A DNA stretch of 43,118 nucleotides from a bacterium (GTDB lineage Bacteria; Patescibacteriota; JACMRA01). Position 1 is the stretch's first letter, and every line of letters begins with the position of its first letter. A program made the translations under genes and the position numbers. This document shows positions 9,401 through 16,364 of this stretch, one piece after another. The stretch is taken from contig JAYUKQ010000086.1 of assembly GCA_043764315.1 (NCBI GenBank), positions 1-43,118 on the forward strand. The letters run 5' to 3'. The notes beneath the pieces are model-generated. The model searched no databases. It was not told the DNA's origin and saw only the letters and a list, made by a program, of their open reading frames with translations.

Positions 9401-10380
9401 AAATCTGGAGGTAAAACCATTATTCTATTCAAAATCATCCACTCAGGTTGAGTGCCATTATTCAAAAAGTGTTTAATTAGATTCAAACGACGAGCAAATT
9501 TTTTCTTAGTTTGACCCTTAGAAATCGCTAGTCTAGCTTTCAATTTTTCATATTCGGCTGGTAAGTCCAAGGCGGCCAGTAATTCCTGAACAGCATCAGC
9601 TCCAATACTCGCTTTAAACACTGGACCATACTTAGAAGCAAGCTCTTGATGCAAAGACTCTGGAAGAATATCCCTAACAGTTAAGGCTGTTAGTTGTTGT
9701 TTAGCAATTTCGGCAACAGTTTCAATTTTAGAAATTTCTTCAGTCTGTTTAGACCTTAACAAATCACGATTAGCTTCAAAAGTAGCTCGTAGTTGTTCAG
9801 CCATATCTGGATTTTTGTGTTTATTGGATTGATATTCTTTAGTTATGGATTCAAACTCGTCAACAAATCGTTGCTTAGTAGCTTTAATTCTATTTTCCAC
9901 TTCTTTATCAATCCGAATCAAATAGTCCTGTCTAACCTCTTCTCTAATTTCAGTTACAACGTAACTAGAAAAGTACGTTACGCGAGATAAATCTGTAGAT
10001 TTCATATCTAATAGCAAAGCGATACGAGATGGAATAACACGCAAAAACCAAGGATGAACACAAGGAGCAGCTAAAGAGATATGACCCATTCTCTCACGTC
10101 TAACTTGAGAAGTCGTAACTTCAACTCCACATTTGTCACAAATAACACCTGCGTATCTATAACGTTTATATTTTCCACAAGCACATTCCCAGTCCTTAGT
10201 TGGACCAAAAATTGCTTGACAAAATAAACCATTCATCTGAGGTAATCCAGTACGGTAATTAATTGTTTCAGCGGTCAGAACTTCACCATAACTCATTTCT
10301 GTCATATCAGCAGGTGACATTAAGTTTAAACTAATAGAATTTACATTTTTGAGGTTGGTTGGAATAGCTACGTAAGGCAT
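6415..10380 (-). CDS. rpoC: DNA-directed RNA polymerase beta-prime subunit
   Basis: Zn-finger CACGKYKRYRYAGVICDKCGVEVT and catalytic NADFDGDQMAVH. Collinear with bacterial RpoC throughout. Start set at ATG 10380 (MPYVAIPT...), which aligns with the E. coli N-terminus; the track's TTG at 10467 is unlikely. Confidence 0.95.
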   Translation of the reverse strand: MPYVAIPTNLKNVNSISLNLMSPADMTEMSYGEVLTAETINYRTGLPQMNGLFCQAIFGPTKDWECACGKYKRYRYAGVICDKCGVEVTTSQVRRERMGHISLAAPCVHPWFLRVIPSRIALLLDMKSTDLSRVTYFSSYVVTEIREEVRQDYLIRIDKEVENRIKATKQRFVDEFESITKEYQSNKHKNPDMAEQLRATFEANRDLLRSKQTEEISKIETVAEIAKQQLTALTVRDILPESLHQELASKYGPVFKASIGADAVQELLAALDLPAEYEKLKARLAISKGQTKKKFARRLNLIKHFLNNGTQPEWMILNRIMVLPPDLRPMLQLDGGRFAASDLNELYRRLINRNNRLRKLIQIGAPEVILRNEKRMLQEAVEALIDNSMRGGKQVMASTGVKRPLKSLTDILKGKNGRFRQNLLGKRVDYSGRSVIIVGPDLKLDECGIPKQIAMELFKPFLMGRIISKSESGVLNEDDQCFNVHSARRLIESKKPIVYDILEEVIADKYVLLNRAPTLHRLSFLAFKPTLVEGKAIQIHPLVCRAFNADFDGDQMAVHLPITIKGQDEAKNLMLATRNLLKPASGEIIMSGGTLDIILGSYYLTMMNPQTTKELKSFASTSDAIMALDNNIIELQQPIKVNIVFEGKTELIETTAGRIIFNKCFPSDFPFVNQALNKKLYEKTISEAYLKLGKDALPAVLDSVKKTAYKYATQSGISLSAGDFKIPQEKFAVLDDSRNRVSSIQGSYQFGLTTNDERYRQIIGVWREASDIISKMTEKVMDESNNVGLMIRSGAKGNVSQLNLIAGIRGLSVTAAGNIIELPAQHGYLEGLTGLEYFISMKGQRKGQSDISLRTADAGYLTRRLVDVAQNVVINSEDCGTTEGTILTQVEAQKYGKSLYNMDGRLYGRYLQADVVASGKILAKQGDYVDNNLLKVFEKSEIVEFYVRTPTKCSLHRGVCQKCYGADFSTHQPVALGVPVGIIAAQSLGENSTQLTMDQGKHGKGLLKSDITEGLGRVEEIFEVRSPKYKAPFLNSDGVVKVAEGAVDQGFNLQITGSVMTTTLPYDPTKDILLVENNDEITVDNNLLVKETGEVLRSSIGGKITKGKNQLIITQIQPELIEFNTMPGYYLKVREGDVVQKGQALTEGSFDLQEIMDRLGFDALQDYVIAQLIGIYSENGILVNEKHIEVIIRQMCSRVQIVDAGDTDYIVGDLIRYSLIINLNRQLQAEGKKPATFNRSVTGISRASLITDSFLSAASFQEASKVLVEAVISGRSDHLLGLKENVILGQLIPAGTGFKAIQQDPQTISADDFADDSADEM

Positions 10381-10819
10381 AAAATAAATAAAGATAAAGG
10401 TTACTAATCTGATGTCGAAAGGTAAATAGGAATTTATCCAGTATTTTTCATAATCAAAAGGTTTCAAAAATTTATTAAAAAAAATTAAATATTATGAATC
10501 AATAAACGTAAAAACATACATTTACAAAAAGTTTAGGTATATAAACATTTTTATTCAACAAAGTATAAAGAAAATTAAATGTATTTTTATTTTACAATCT
10601 AATAAAGTTTACTATCTCTAATATTAACACTTTAATTAATATACACTAATATTACAACTATAGCAAATAAGTTATAAAATTCATACTTGTATTAAAAAAG
10701 CTTTTAAATTAAAAGATAAAAACAAACATGAGTTTAAGCATGTTGAGTTTATTTCAAAAAAGACGTATGGTAAATTTAAAAAAATTAAAGCGAAAGTTCA
10801 TCTACAAAATAATAATAAT

Positions 10820-10842
10820 AAAAAAACTACCAAATAGGTAGT
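10820..10842 (-). terminator. Terminator hairpin downstream of 16S rRNA, potentially bidirectional
   Basis: actacc (10826-10831) / ggtagt (10837-10842), with an A7 run on one side and a T-run on the other. On the minus strand the hairpin is followed directly by U7. Confidence 0.55.
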
Positions 10843-10860
10843 CAATTTTTTAATCAAATA

Positions 10861-10898
10861 AAAAACATTTTGTGTTTGTGCATTATTCAGTAACCAAG
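10861..10898 (-). other. 3' arm of the pre-16S processing stem; pairs with 12583-12617
   Basis: attattcagtaaccaag (10882-10898) is the perfect reverse complement of cttggttactgaataat (12583-12599). Imperfect complementarity continues outward. This is the classic RNase III-type stalk enclosing a 16S gene. Confidence 0.75.
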
Positions 10899-11073
10899 AA
10901 ACGATATCACCAGACTATAGATCAATGTATAAATACATTTTTTTAATTATACTCTATTCAAATATAAAGAAGTTTGGATTTTTTGTTATTCTAGATAACA
11001 TAATATATATTACAAACAAAGGTTTGTATCAATCAAGTGAGTTAAGTATAAAACTTTTACTCGAATCTCCTTA

Positions 11074-12569
11074 AAAAGGAGGTAATCCATCCACAGCTTC
11101 CGCTACGGATGCCTTGTTACAACTTAAATTCAGTCACTGAGCTAGCCTTCCATTCCAAAACTGAAATTTTGGGGCTCTCTCAATTCCCAAACCTTGATGG
11201 GCAGTGTGTACAAAACCCGAGAACGTATTCACCGCGACGAGGCTGATTCGCGATTACTAGCAATTCCAGCTTCATGGAGTCGGGTTGCAGACTCCAATCC
11301 GTACTTAGGGAGGTTTTAATAGATTTGCTTGGCCTTGCGACTTAGCTGTCTCGTTGTACCTTTCCCATTGTATCATGTGTGTAGCCCTGGACATAAGGGA
11401 CACGCTGATCTGACGTCATTCTATCCTTCCTCCCGTTTAAACACGGGCAGTCTCTCTAGACATTAAATAACTAGAGATTAGAGTTGCGCTCGTTTTCGGA
11501 CTTAACCGAACATCTCACGACACGAGCTGACGACGACCGTGCATCACCTGTGAAAGCTTCTAGCAAGCTAGATCATCAGTGTTTCCACCTTTTACTACTA
11601 ACATGTCAAGCCCAGGTAAGGTTCCTCGCTTAATATCGAATTAAACCACATGATCCACTGCTTGTGCGGGTTCCCGTCAATTCCTTTGTGTTTTAGCCTT
11701 GCGGCCGTACTATACAGGCGGAGTGCTTATAGCGTTAGCTTTTGCCACTAAATCAGATTGATTTGACCTAATAGCAAGCACTCATCGTTTAGGGCGTGGA
11801 ATACTAGGGTATCTAATCCTATTCTCTCCCCACGCTTTCGTCCTAGCAGTGTCAGGATACACCCAGTAGTCTGCTTTCGCTTTTGGCGTTCCTTTACATA
11901 TCAACGGATTTCACCCCTACTTGTAAAGTTCCAACTACTTTTTTGTACCTCAAGTCTAGCAGTTTCCGAACCAAACACGCAGTTAAGCTGCGGTCTTTCA
12001 ATTCGGACATACTAAACAACCTTCGGAACGCTTTACGCCCAATAAAACCGGATAACGCTTGGAGCCTCTGTATCACCGCTGCTGCTGGCACAGAGTTTGC
12101 AGCTCCTTTCTAGAGATCTCTTCAAAATTTAGTAGATCTCCACAGAAGTTTACGACCCGAGGGCCTTCATCCTTCACGCGGCATGGCTCGGTCAGGGTTT
12201 CCCCCATTGCCAAAAATTCCCCACTGCTGCCACCCGTAGGTGTCTGGGCCGTGTCGCAGTCCCAGCGTGCCTAATCGTCCTCTCAGACTAGGTACCCGTC
12301 TTAGGCTTGGTGAGCTATTACCTCACCAACTACCTGATAGGAAATAGGCCTTGTCAATAGCGGTTTACACCTTTAATCTTACGATCACATTTGGGATTAC
12401 CTAGTCTTTCAACTAGCTATACCAAACTATTGGGAAGTTCCTATTTATTACTCACTCGTTTGCCGCTGATCATTTTTATGTATTGCTACACAAGAAATCA
12501 CCGCTCGACTTGCATGTGTAAAGCCTGCCGCCAGCGTTAATCCTGAGCTAGGATCAAACTCTCAAAAAG
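11074..12569 (-). rRNA. rrs: 16S ribosomal RNA, about 1.5 kb, no large insertion
   Basis: Reverse complement begins ...gagtttgatcctagctcaggattaacgctggcggc and ends ...gtaacaaggcatccgtagcggaagctgtggatggattacctcctt. Conserved blocks are present throughout. Ends are good to a few nt. Confidence 0.95.
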
Positions 12570-12582
12570 AAAATAGCGTTAT

Positions 12583-12617
12583 CTTGGTTACTGAATAATA
12601 CACAAAATATGTTTTTT
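12583..12617 (-). other. 5' arm of the pre-16S processing stem
   Basis: Complementary to 10861-10898 (see that feature). Confidence 0.75.
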
Positions 12618-12661
12618 ATCTGTAAATTTCTGCGTTGACAAGTGTCTCACAGCACCCCAGT

Positions 12662-12691
12662 ATTATAGAAAGAATTTATTAATCTTGTCAA
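12662..12691 (-). promoter_or_regulatory. Sigma-70-type promoter for the 16S rRNA
   Basis: The minus strand reads ctcTTGACAagattaataaattctttcTATAATactggggtgctgt (18-nt spacer). The same roughly 47-nt block recurs upstream of the 23S gene at 37042-37088. Confidence 0.8.
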
Positions 12692-12784
12692 GAGATAACA
12701 ATTTAAAAACCACTTTTGATATTGGTTTTTACTTCAATAAAACCTGACTATATCTAAAAATTATTCAATTTAAACTTCGATTAA

Positions 12785-12808
12785 AATAGTATAAAAAATA
12801 GTATAAAA
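12785..12808. repeat. Perfect tandem 12-mer (aatagtataaaa x2) in the divergent 16S/yvcK-like control region
   Basis: 12785-12796 is identical to 12797-12808. Function unknown; it could be an UP-element or a factor site. Confidence 0.8.
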
Positions 12809-12827
12809 AAACTAATATATTGACACC

Positions 12828-12855
12828 TAGACAACAAAATCAAAATTGTTATAGT
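12828..12855 (+). promoter_or_regulatory. Candidate promoter giving a near-leaderless yvcK/cofD-like mRNA
   Basis: TAGACA (12828-12833), 16-nt spacer, TATAGT (12850-12855). The ATG at 12864 is only 8 nt after the -10 element. Confidence 0.4.
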
Positions 12856-12863
12856 ATGTTTTT

Positions 12864-13904
12864 ATGTCATTTTATAAAATATTAGTTCTTGGTGCTGGTG
12901 GACACGGTATTTTATCTCTTAGGAATCTGTTTGAAGAGGAAAAAATTGATTTTAAAATATTTTATAATACAACTGATTGGGGAGGTAGTTACGGTCTGTG
13001 GGGAAGATTATTGGAATATAATAATCACGAATTAAATCAAAAACTACACAATCAAAAACTTCCAGTACTACCTTTTGCTGATCCTAATAAATTAATTTGT
13101 TTTTACTTAGAAAAATCTGGGATTGATCCAAAATTGTATTTTGACTTTAGATCAAACAATCAAAAAGAACATGTGTCTGCAATTAATAAAATGTTTGATA
13201 AAATAAAATTGACCAATGATCAAAAATCAAAATTTTTAGAGTATTTTGGTATAGTTTGGTATTATTATAAGCAAAATAGATTTAATTTGGAGTATGAGAG
13301 CAAATTATGTCTGGGTTATATATTTCAGTCTTTTTTATATTCAAGCCTTGGTGGTATGAAAGCCTGGAATACATTTTATCAAAATATTGGAATATTACCA
13401 AAAAACATTGAGATATGTTTTAGTGGCGATGATAGAAATATATTAGCTGGTAATGATATAAGCCTAGAGCGTGTTATTGGGGAAGACAAATTAGACACAT
13501 ATCAAAGTCCGATACTTCCTAACAGTTTGGAACTACTAGATATATACCATCAAACAATAAACTGCAATCGATTAACCGTAGATTGCGTTGAGCAATCAGA
13601 TTTGATTATAATACCAAATGGTTCAGTAGCAAATTGGTTACCACTAACAAACGACTCAACATTAAAAACAACATTAAAAAGTAAAAAAATTGTTTGGATA
13701 ACCAATCCTTACCGCACTCACAACGAATTGATAAACCCTAACTATTACCTATATTTGAAAGAAAATGATTTTAACTCTATTCCACTTGCTCAATTAAATG
13801 GAATTAAAAACAAAGGTTTTTGGAATGTACTGGAACAAGATAAACAAGGCAAATATAAACCAAAAGATATAGCAAATCAAATTTTAAAAATAATCGAAGA
13901 ATAA
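12864..13904 (+). CDS. YvcK/CofD (UPF0052) family protein, divergent
   Basis: KILVLGAGGHGILSLRNL and NTTDWGGSYGLWGRL correspond to YvcK IGGGTGLS and ADDGGSSGRLR. DLIIIPNGSVANWLPL corresponds to ADVIVIGPGSLYTSVLP. Confidence 0.7.
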   Translation: MSFYKILVLGAGGHGILSLRNLFEEEKIDFKIFYNTTDWGGSYGLWGRLLEYNNHELNQKLHNQKLPVLPFADPNKLICFYLEKSGIDPKLYFDFRSNNQKEHVSAINKMFDKIKLTNDQKSKFLEYFGIVWYYYKQNRFNLEYESKLCLGYIFQSFLYSSLGGMKAWNTFYQNIGILPKNIEICFSGDDRNILAGNDISLERVIGEDKLDTYQSPILPNSLELLDIYHQTINCNRLTVDCVEQSDLIIIPNGSVANWLPLTNDSTLKTTLKSKKIVWITNPYRTHNELINPNYYLYLKENDFNSIPLAQLNGIKNKGFWNVLEQDKQGKYKPKDIANQILKIIEE

Positions 13905-13917
13905 AACTGTATTAATT

Positions 13918-14523
13918 ATGCCCACAGCATCTCTTAGAGCTCCAGAAGGTTATCACCTTGTGAATATAATGCAATCTTGTATGCATGTAAGGTTAGACTT
14001 ATTTTTAAAATTTGGAGGTCATCCAGGGGCAGCTGGCTTTACATTGATAAAAGAAAATTTGATAGAGGCTAAACATTTGATGAGTTCACAAGTCAAGCCA
14101 AATACACAAGAACCAATTAAGTTTAATCAAAACATTGAAACACCAAAGGAATGGAATAATTTAATATGTAAAAAAAATATAATCTGGATAAAAATACAAA
14201 ATTTAGATATTAATCTACTGAATCAAGTTTTTGAGTTAGATCCATTTGGTCAAGACTTCCCTTTACCTAGTTTTGGTTTCAAATTAAGCCAAGAAGATAT
14301 TTTGAATTATTCTTTAATGGGAAACGATAATCAACATTTAAAAATAGAAGTTAATGGTTTCAAAATATTATATTTTAATGCTGATAAAAAAGTAATTGAA
14401 TACGTAAAAAATCCAATTGAAATGATGTGGATAATTGCCAAACCTAATAAAAGTAGTTTTAGACAAAAAACTTCTGTGGATTTGATTTTAGAAAAATTTT
14501 ATGTGAACAAACAAACTGAATGA
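13918..14523 (+). CDS. RecJ-like DHHA1 and C-terminal domain only (N-terminally truncated recJ remnant or stand-alone domain)
   Basis: ASLRAPEGYHLVNIMQSC...LFLKFGGHPGAAGFTL matches the RecJ GSxRS...FGGHxxAAG DHHA1 signature. The DHH catalytic domain is absent, and only 13 nt separate this ORF from the upstream gene. Confidence 0.6.
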   Translation: MPTASLRAPEGYHLVNIMQSCMHVRLDLFLKFGGHPGAAGFTLIKENLIEAKHLMSSQVKPNTQEPIKFNQNIETPKEWNNLICKKNIIWIKIQNLDINLLNQVFELDPFGQDFPLPSFGFKLSQEDILNYSLMGNDNQHLKIEVNGFKILYFNADKKVIEYVKNPIEMMWIIAKPNKSSFRQKTSVDLILEKFYVNKQTE

Positions 14524-15710
14524 CAATCATAGTTGATTTGAGGTGTTTGAACTATAAACCAATAACTGGTGTCAATGCTTATTGTATAAGATTTTTACAC
14601 TGCTTGTATATTAATAAAAATAAATATTCGCAATTTAAAATACTGGGTTTAGGTCTGCACAAGAATAGACAAATAGAACTAAATAAAGATTTCTATTTTT
14701 TTGAGATGTTGTTTGAAGGTCATTTGACACTGGGTGAATATCTTAATACTAGTACTAAAAATAGTAGACTCAATGAAATAAAAACAATCGGTAGTTTGTA
14801 TACCAAAAAAAATATTAATAGCTCAAAAGTTAAGTTTTTTGACTTGTTACTATTACCTCAACCTAGACCAATTTTAAAACACCCAAACACAAAATTAATT
14901 ACGGTTGTTCACGATATATTTTCAATTCTAGACAGGAGTAGCAATTTGACGCAAAAAATAATATACTCAAAAACAACCCTAAATAAAATTCTATCAGAGA
15001 GTCAAAAAACTATAGTAAATTCAATGGCAACTGGTTATGATATTCAAAAATATTTTAAAAACAAAAGCCAAATCAATCTAGTCTACCCAAGCCTCCCCAA
15101 GTTAAGTGAGATATCGACAAAGGTGTTTTTAACAGAGGGTGAGGTGGGTAAGTATTTAAAAAAAATAACCAAAAAACCCTTTATATTAGCTTTATCAGGT
15201 ATAGAAAAGAGAAAAAATTGGTTAAATTTAATCAAAGCTTACAATATCCTAGCTCAAAAAAATCAAGAATCACCAAGTTTAATTCTAGCAGGAACAATTG
15301 TTGATCAAAAATATTATAAACAAATACTTAACCTGATTCAAAAGCTTAATCTAAAATCAATTATTTGGTTTTTGAACCCCACCGAGGAAGAAAAAGAGTT
15401 TTTACTAAAAAATTGCTGCTTATTTGTGTACCCATCAATTTATGAAGGTTTTGGTTTTCCAATATTAGAAGCTCTACAGTTTGAAACCAAGGTGTTAACC
15501 AGCTCCATTTCTAGTATGCCCGAGGTGGGTGGGCAAAATTGTAAATATATCAACCCATTTAACCCGTTAGATATTTTTTTTGGTATAGTGAATAATCTGA
15601 ATAAAGAAAAAACACGAGAACAAAATTGTGTAGTTAAATTTGATTGGTTGGAGTTAGAGGTTTGGTTAGAAAAAAATGTTTTTGAATACCTAAAAACCTC
15701 CAAAGAATAA
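14520..15710 (+). CDS. Glycosyltransferase, GT4 (GT-B fold) family
   Basis: C-terminal EGFGFPILEALQFETKVLTSSISSMPEVGG is the classic GT4 E-x7-E region. ATGA start/stop overlap with the upstream ORF. Confidence 0.8.
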   Translation: MTIIVDLRCLNYKPITGVNAYCIRFLHCLYINKNKYSQFKILGLGLHKNRQIELNKDFYFFEMLFEGHLTLGEYLNTSTKNSRLNEIKTIGSLYTKKNINSSKVKFFDLLLLPQPRPILKHPNTKLITVVHDIFSILDRSSNLTQKIIYSKTTLNKILSESQKTIVNSMATGYDIQKYFKNKSQINLVYPSLPKLSEISTKVFLTEGEVGKYLKKITKKPFILALSGIEKRKNWLNLIKAYNILAQKNQESPSLILAGTIVDQKYYKQILNLIQKLNLKSIIWFLNPTEEEKEFLLKNCCLFVYPSIYEGFGFPILEALQFETKVLTSSISSMPEVGGQNCKYINPFNPLDIFFGIVNNLNKEKTREQNCVVKFDWLELEVWLEKNVFEYLKTSKE

Positions 15711-15817
15711 AAAAATATTAACAAAAAATGTCTATAAAAATGTCTATAACCTTTTTAAAATTAACACAAAAAACACCCAAAAAGCTCTTGTTTATCAGCA
15801 AAAAAAGAGTTTTAGAC

Positions 15818-15850
15818 AATGTCTATAAGTGTCAGCAGCTATACTAAACA
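15818..15850. repeat. Left arm of a 33-bp inverted repeat (1 mismatch); partner at 16051-16083
   Basis: aatgtctataagtgtcagcagctatactaaaca matches the reverse complement of 16051-16083. The arms enclose a 200-bp very AT-rich segment. Confidence 0.9.
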
Positions 15851-16050
15851 GGTTATTTTTTGAATAAAAGCTTTAAAATAGACTATTTTGAGTTGTTGAG
15901 TCTAAAAACCCCTCAAACAAGGTAAAAATGAGCATAAGTGAGTGTATAACTAACTATTAACATTTACGATAAAAACTATTAAATAATGGCTTTTGGTAGA
16001 ATGTTTTTAAAAAAAAGACTTTAATTAATAGTTTTTAAAAAATAATTACT

Positions 16051-16083
16051 TGTTTAATATAGCTGCTGACACTTATAGACATT
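16051..16083. repeat. Right arm of the 33-bp inverted repeat
   Basis: tgtttaatatagctgctgacacttatagacatt, complementary to 15818-15850. Confidence 0.9.
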
Positions 16084-16328
16084 TTTAAAAAAAGTTATAG
16101 ACATTTGTTCATAACTTTCATAACTTTTTGAGGTGAGTAAAAAGTTATAGACATTATCGACAATTGTCTATAACTTTATAGACACGAATAACGTCTACAA
16201 TAAAAGGAAAGAGAGAGTTATCGACAACTTATCGACAACTTATTACTACTGTTAAATTATTTTATATATTAAAAAAGAGAGTAAATGGTATAGAACAAAA
16301 TTACAAAATAAAGAGCCATAGAAAATGG

Positions 16329-16359
16329 TTGACAAAATTACAAAAAAATTGATCATAAT
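16329..16359 (+). promoter_or_regulatory. Candidate uvrA promoter giving a leaderless or near-leaderless mRNA
   Basis: TTGACA (16329-16334) and CATAAT (16354-16359), with a 19-nt spacer that is longer than ideal. The ATG at 16365 lies 6 nt after the -10 element. Confidence 0.35.
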
Positions 16360-16364
16360 TACAT

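Larger units (their letters stand above)
15729..16237. other. Cluster of 11 copies of the 9-mer TTAT(A/C)GACA in both orientations; candidate DnaA-box array / oriC
   Basis: Minus-orientation copies (tgtctataa): 15729, 15741, 15820, 16165. Plus-orientation ttatagaca: 16073, 16095, 16145, 16176. Plus-orientation ttatcgaca: 16154, 16218, 16229. Each is 8/9 identical to the E. coli DnaA box TTATNCACA. No ORF of 60 aa or more on the gene-sense strand in 15711-16364. Confidence 0.5.

Noticed and set aside
10729-10839. 36-codon basic ORF (MSLSMLSLFQKRRMVNLKKLKRKF...) in the 16S-rpoC spacer
   Set aside because: The lysine-rich translation is what AT-rich non-coding DNA yields. It does not resemble L34, L36 or any other small ribosomal protein, and it runs opposite to the flanking genes.
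11883-12274. Track ORFs 11883..12113, 11894..12091 and 12059..12274
   Set aside because: They lie entirely inside the 16S rRNA gene. These are chance ORFs in structured, GC-richer rRNA sequence.
15440-15724. ORF 15440..15724 (minus strand); ORF 16301..16486 (minus strand)
   Set aside because: The first is antisense to the conserved GT4 C-terminal motif region. The second spans the uvrA promoter and start. Neither has supporting features.
15711-16364. The repeat-rich region as a CRISPR array
   Set aside because: The repeats are 9-mers in both orientations with irregular, sometimes zero, spacing. There is no 24-40 nt direct repeat and spacer periodicity, and no cas genes.
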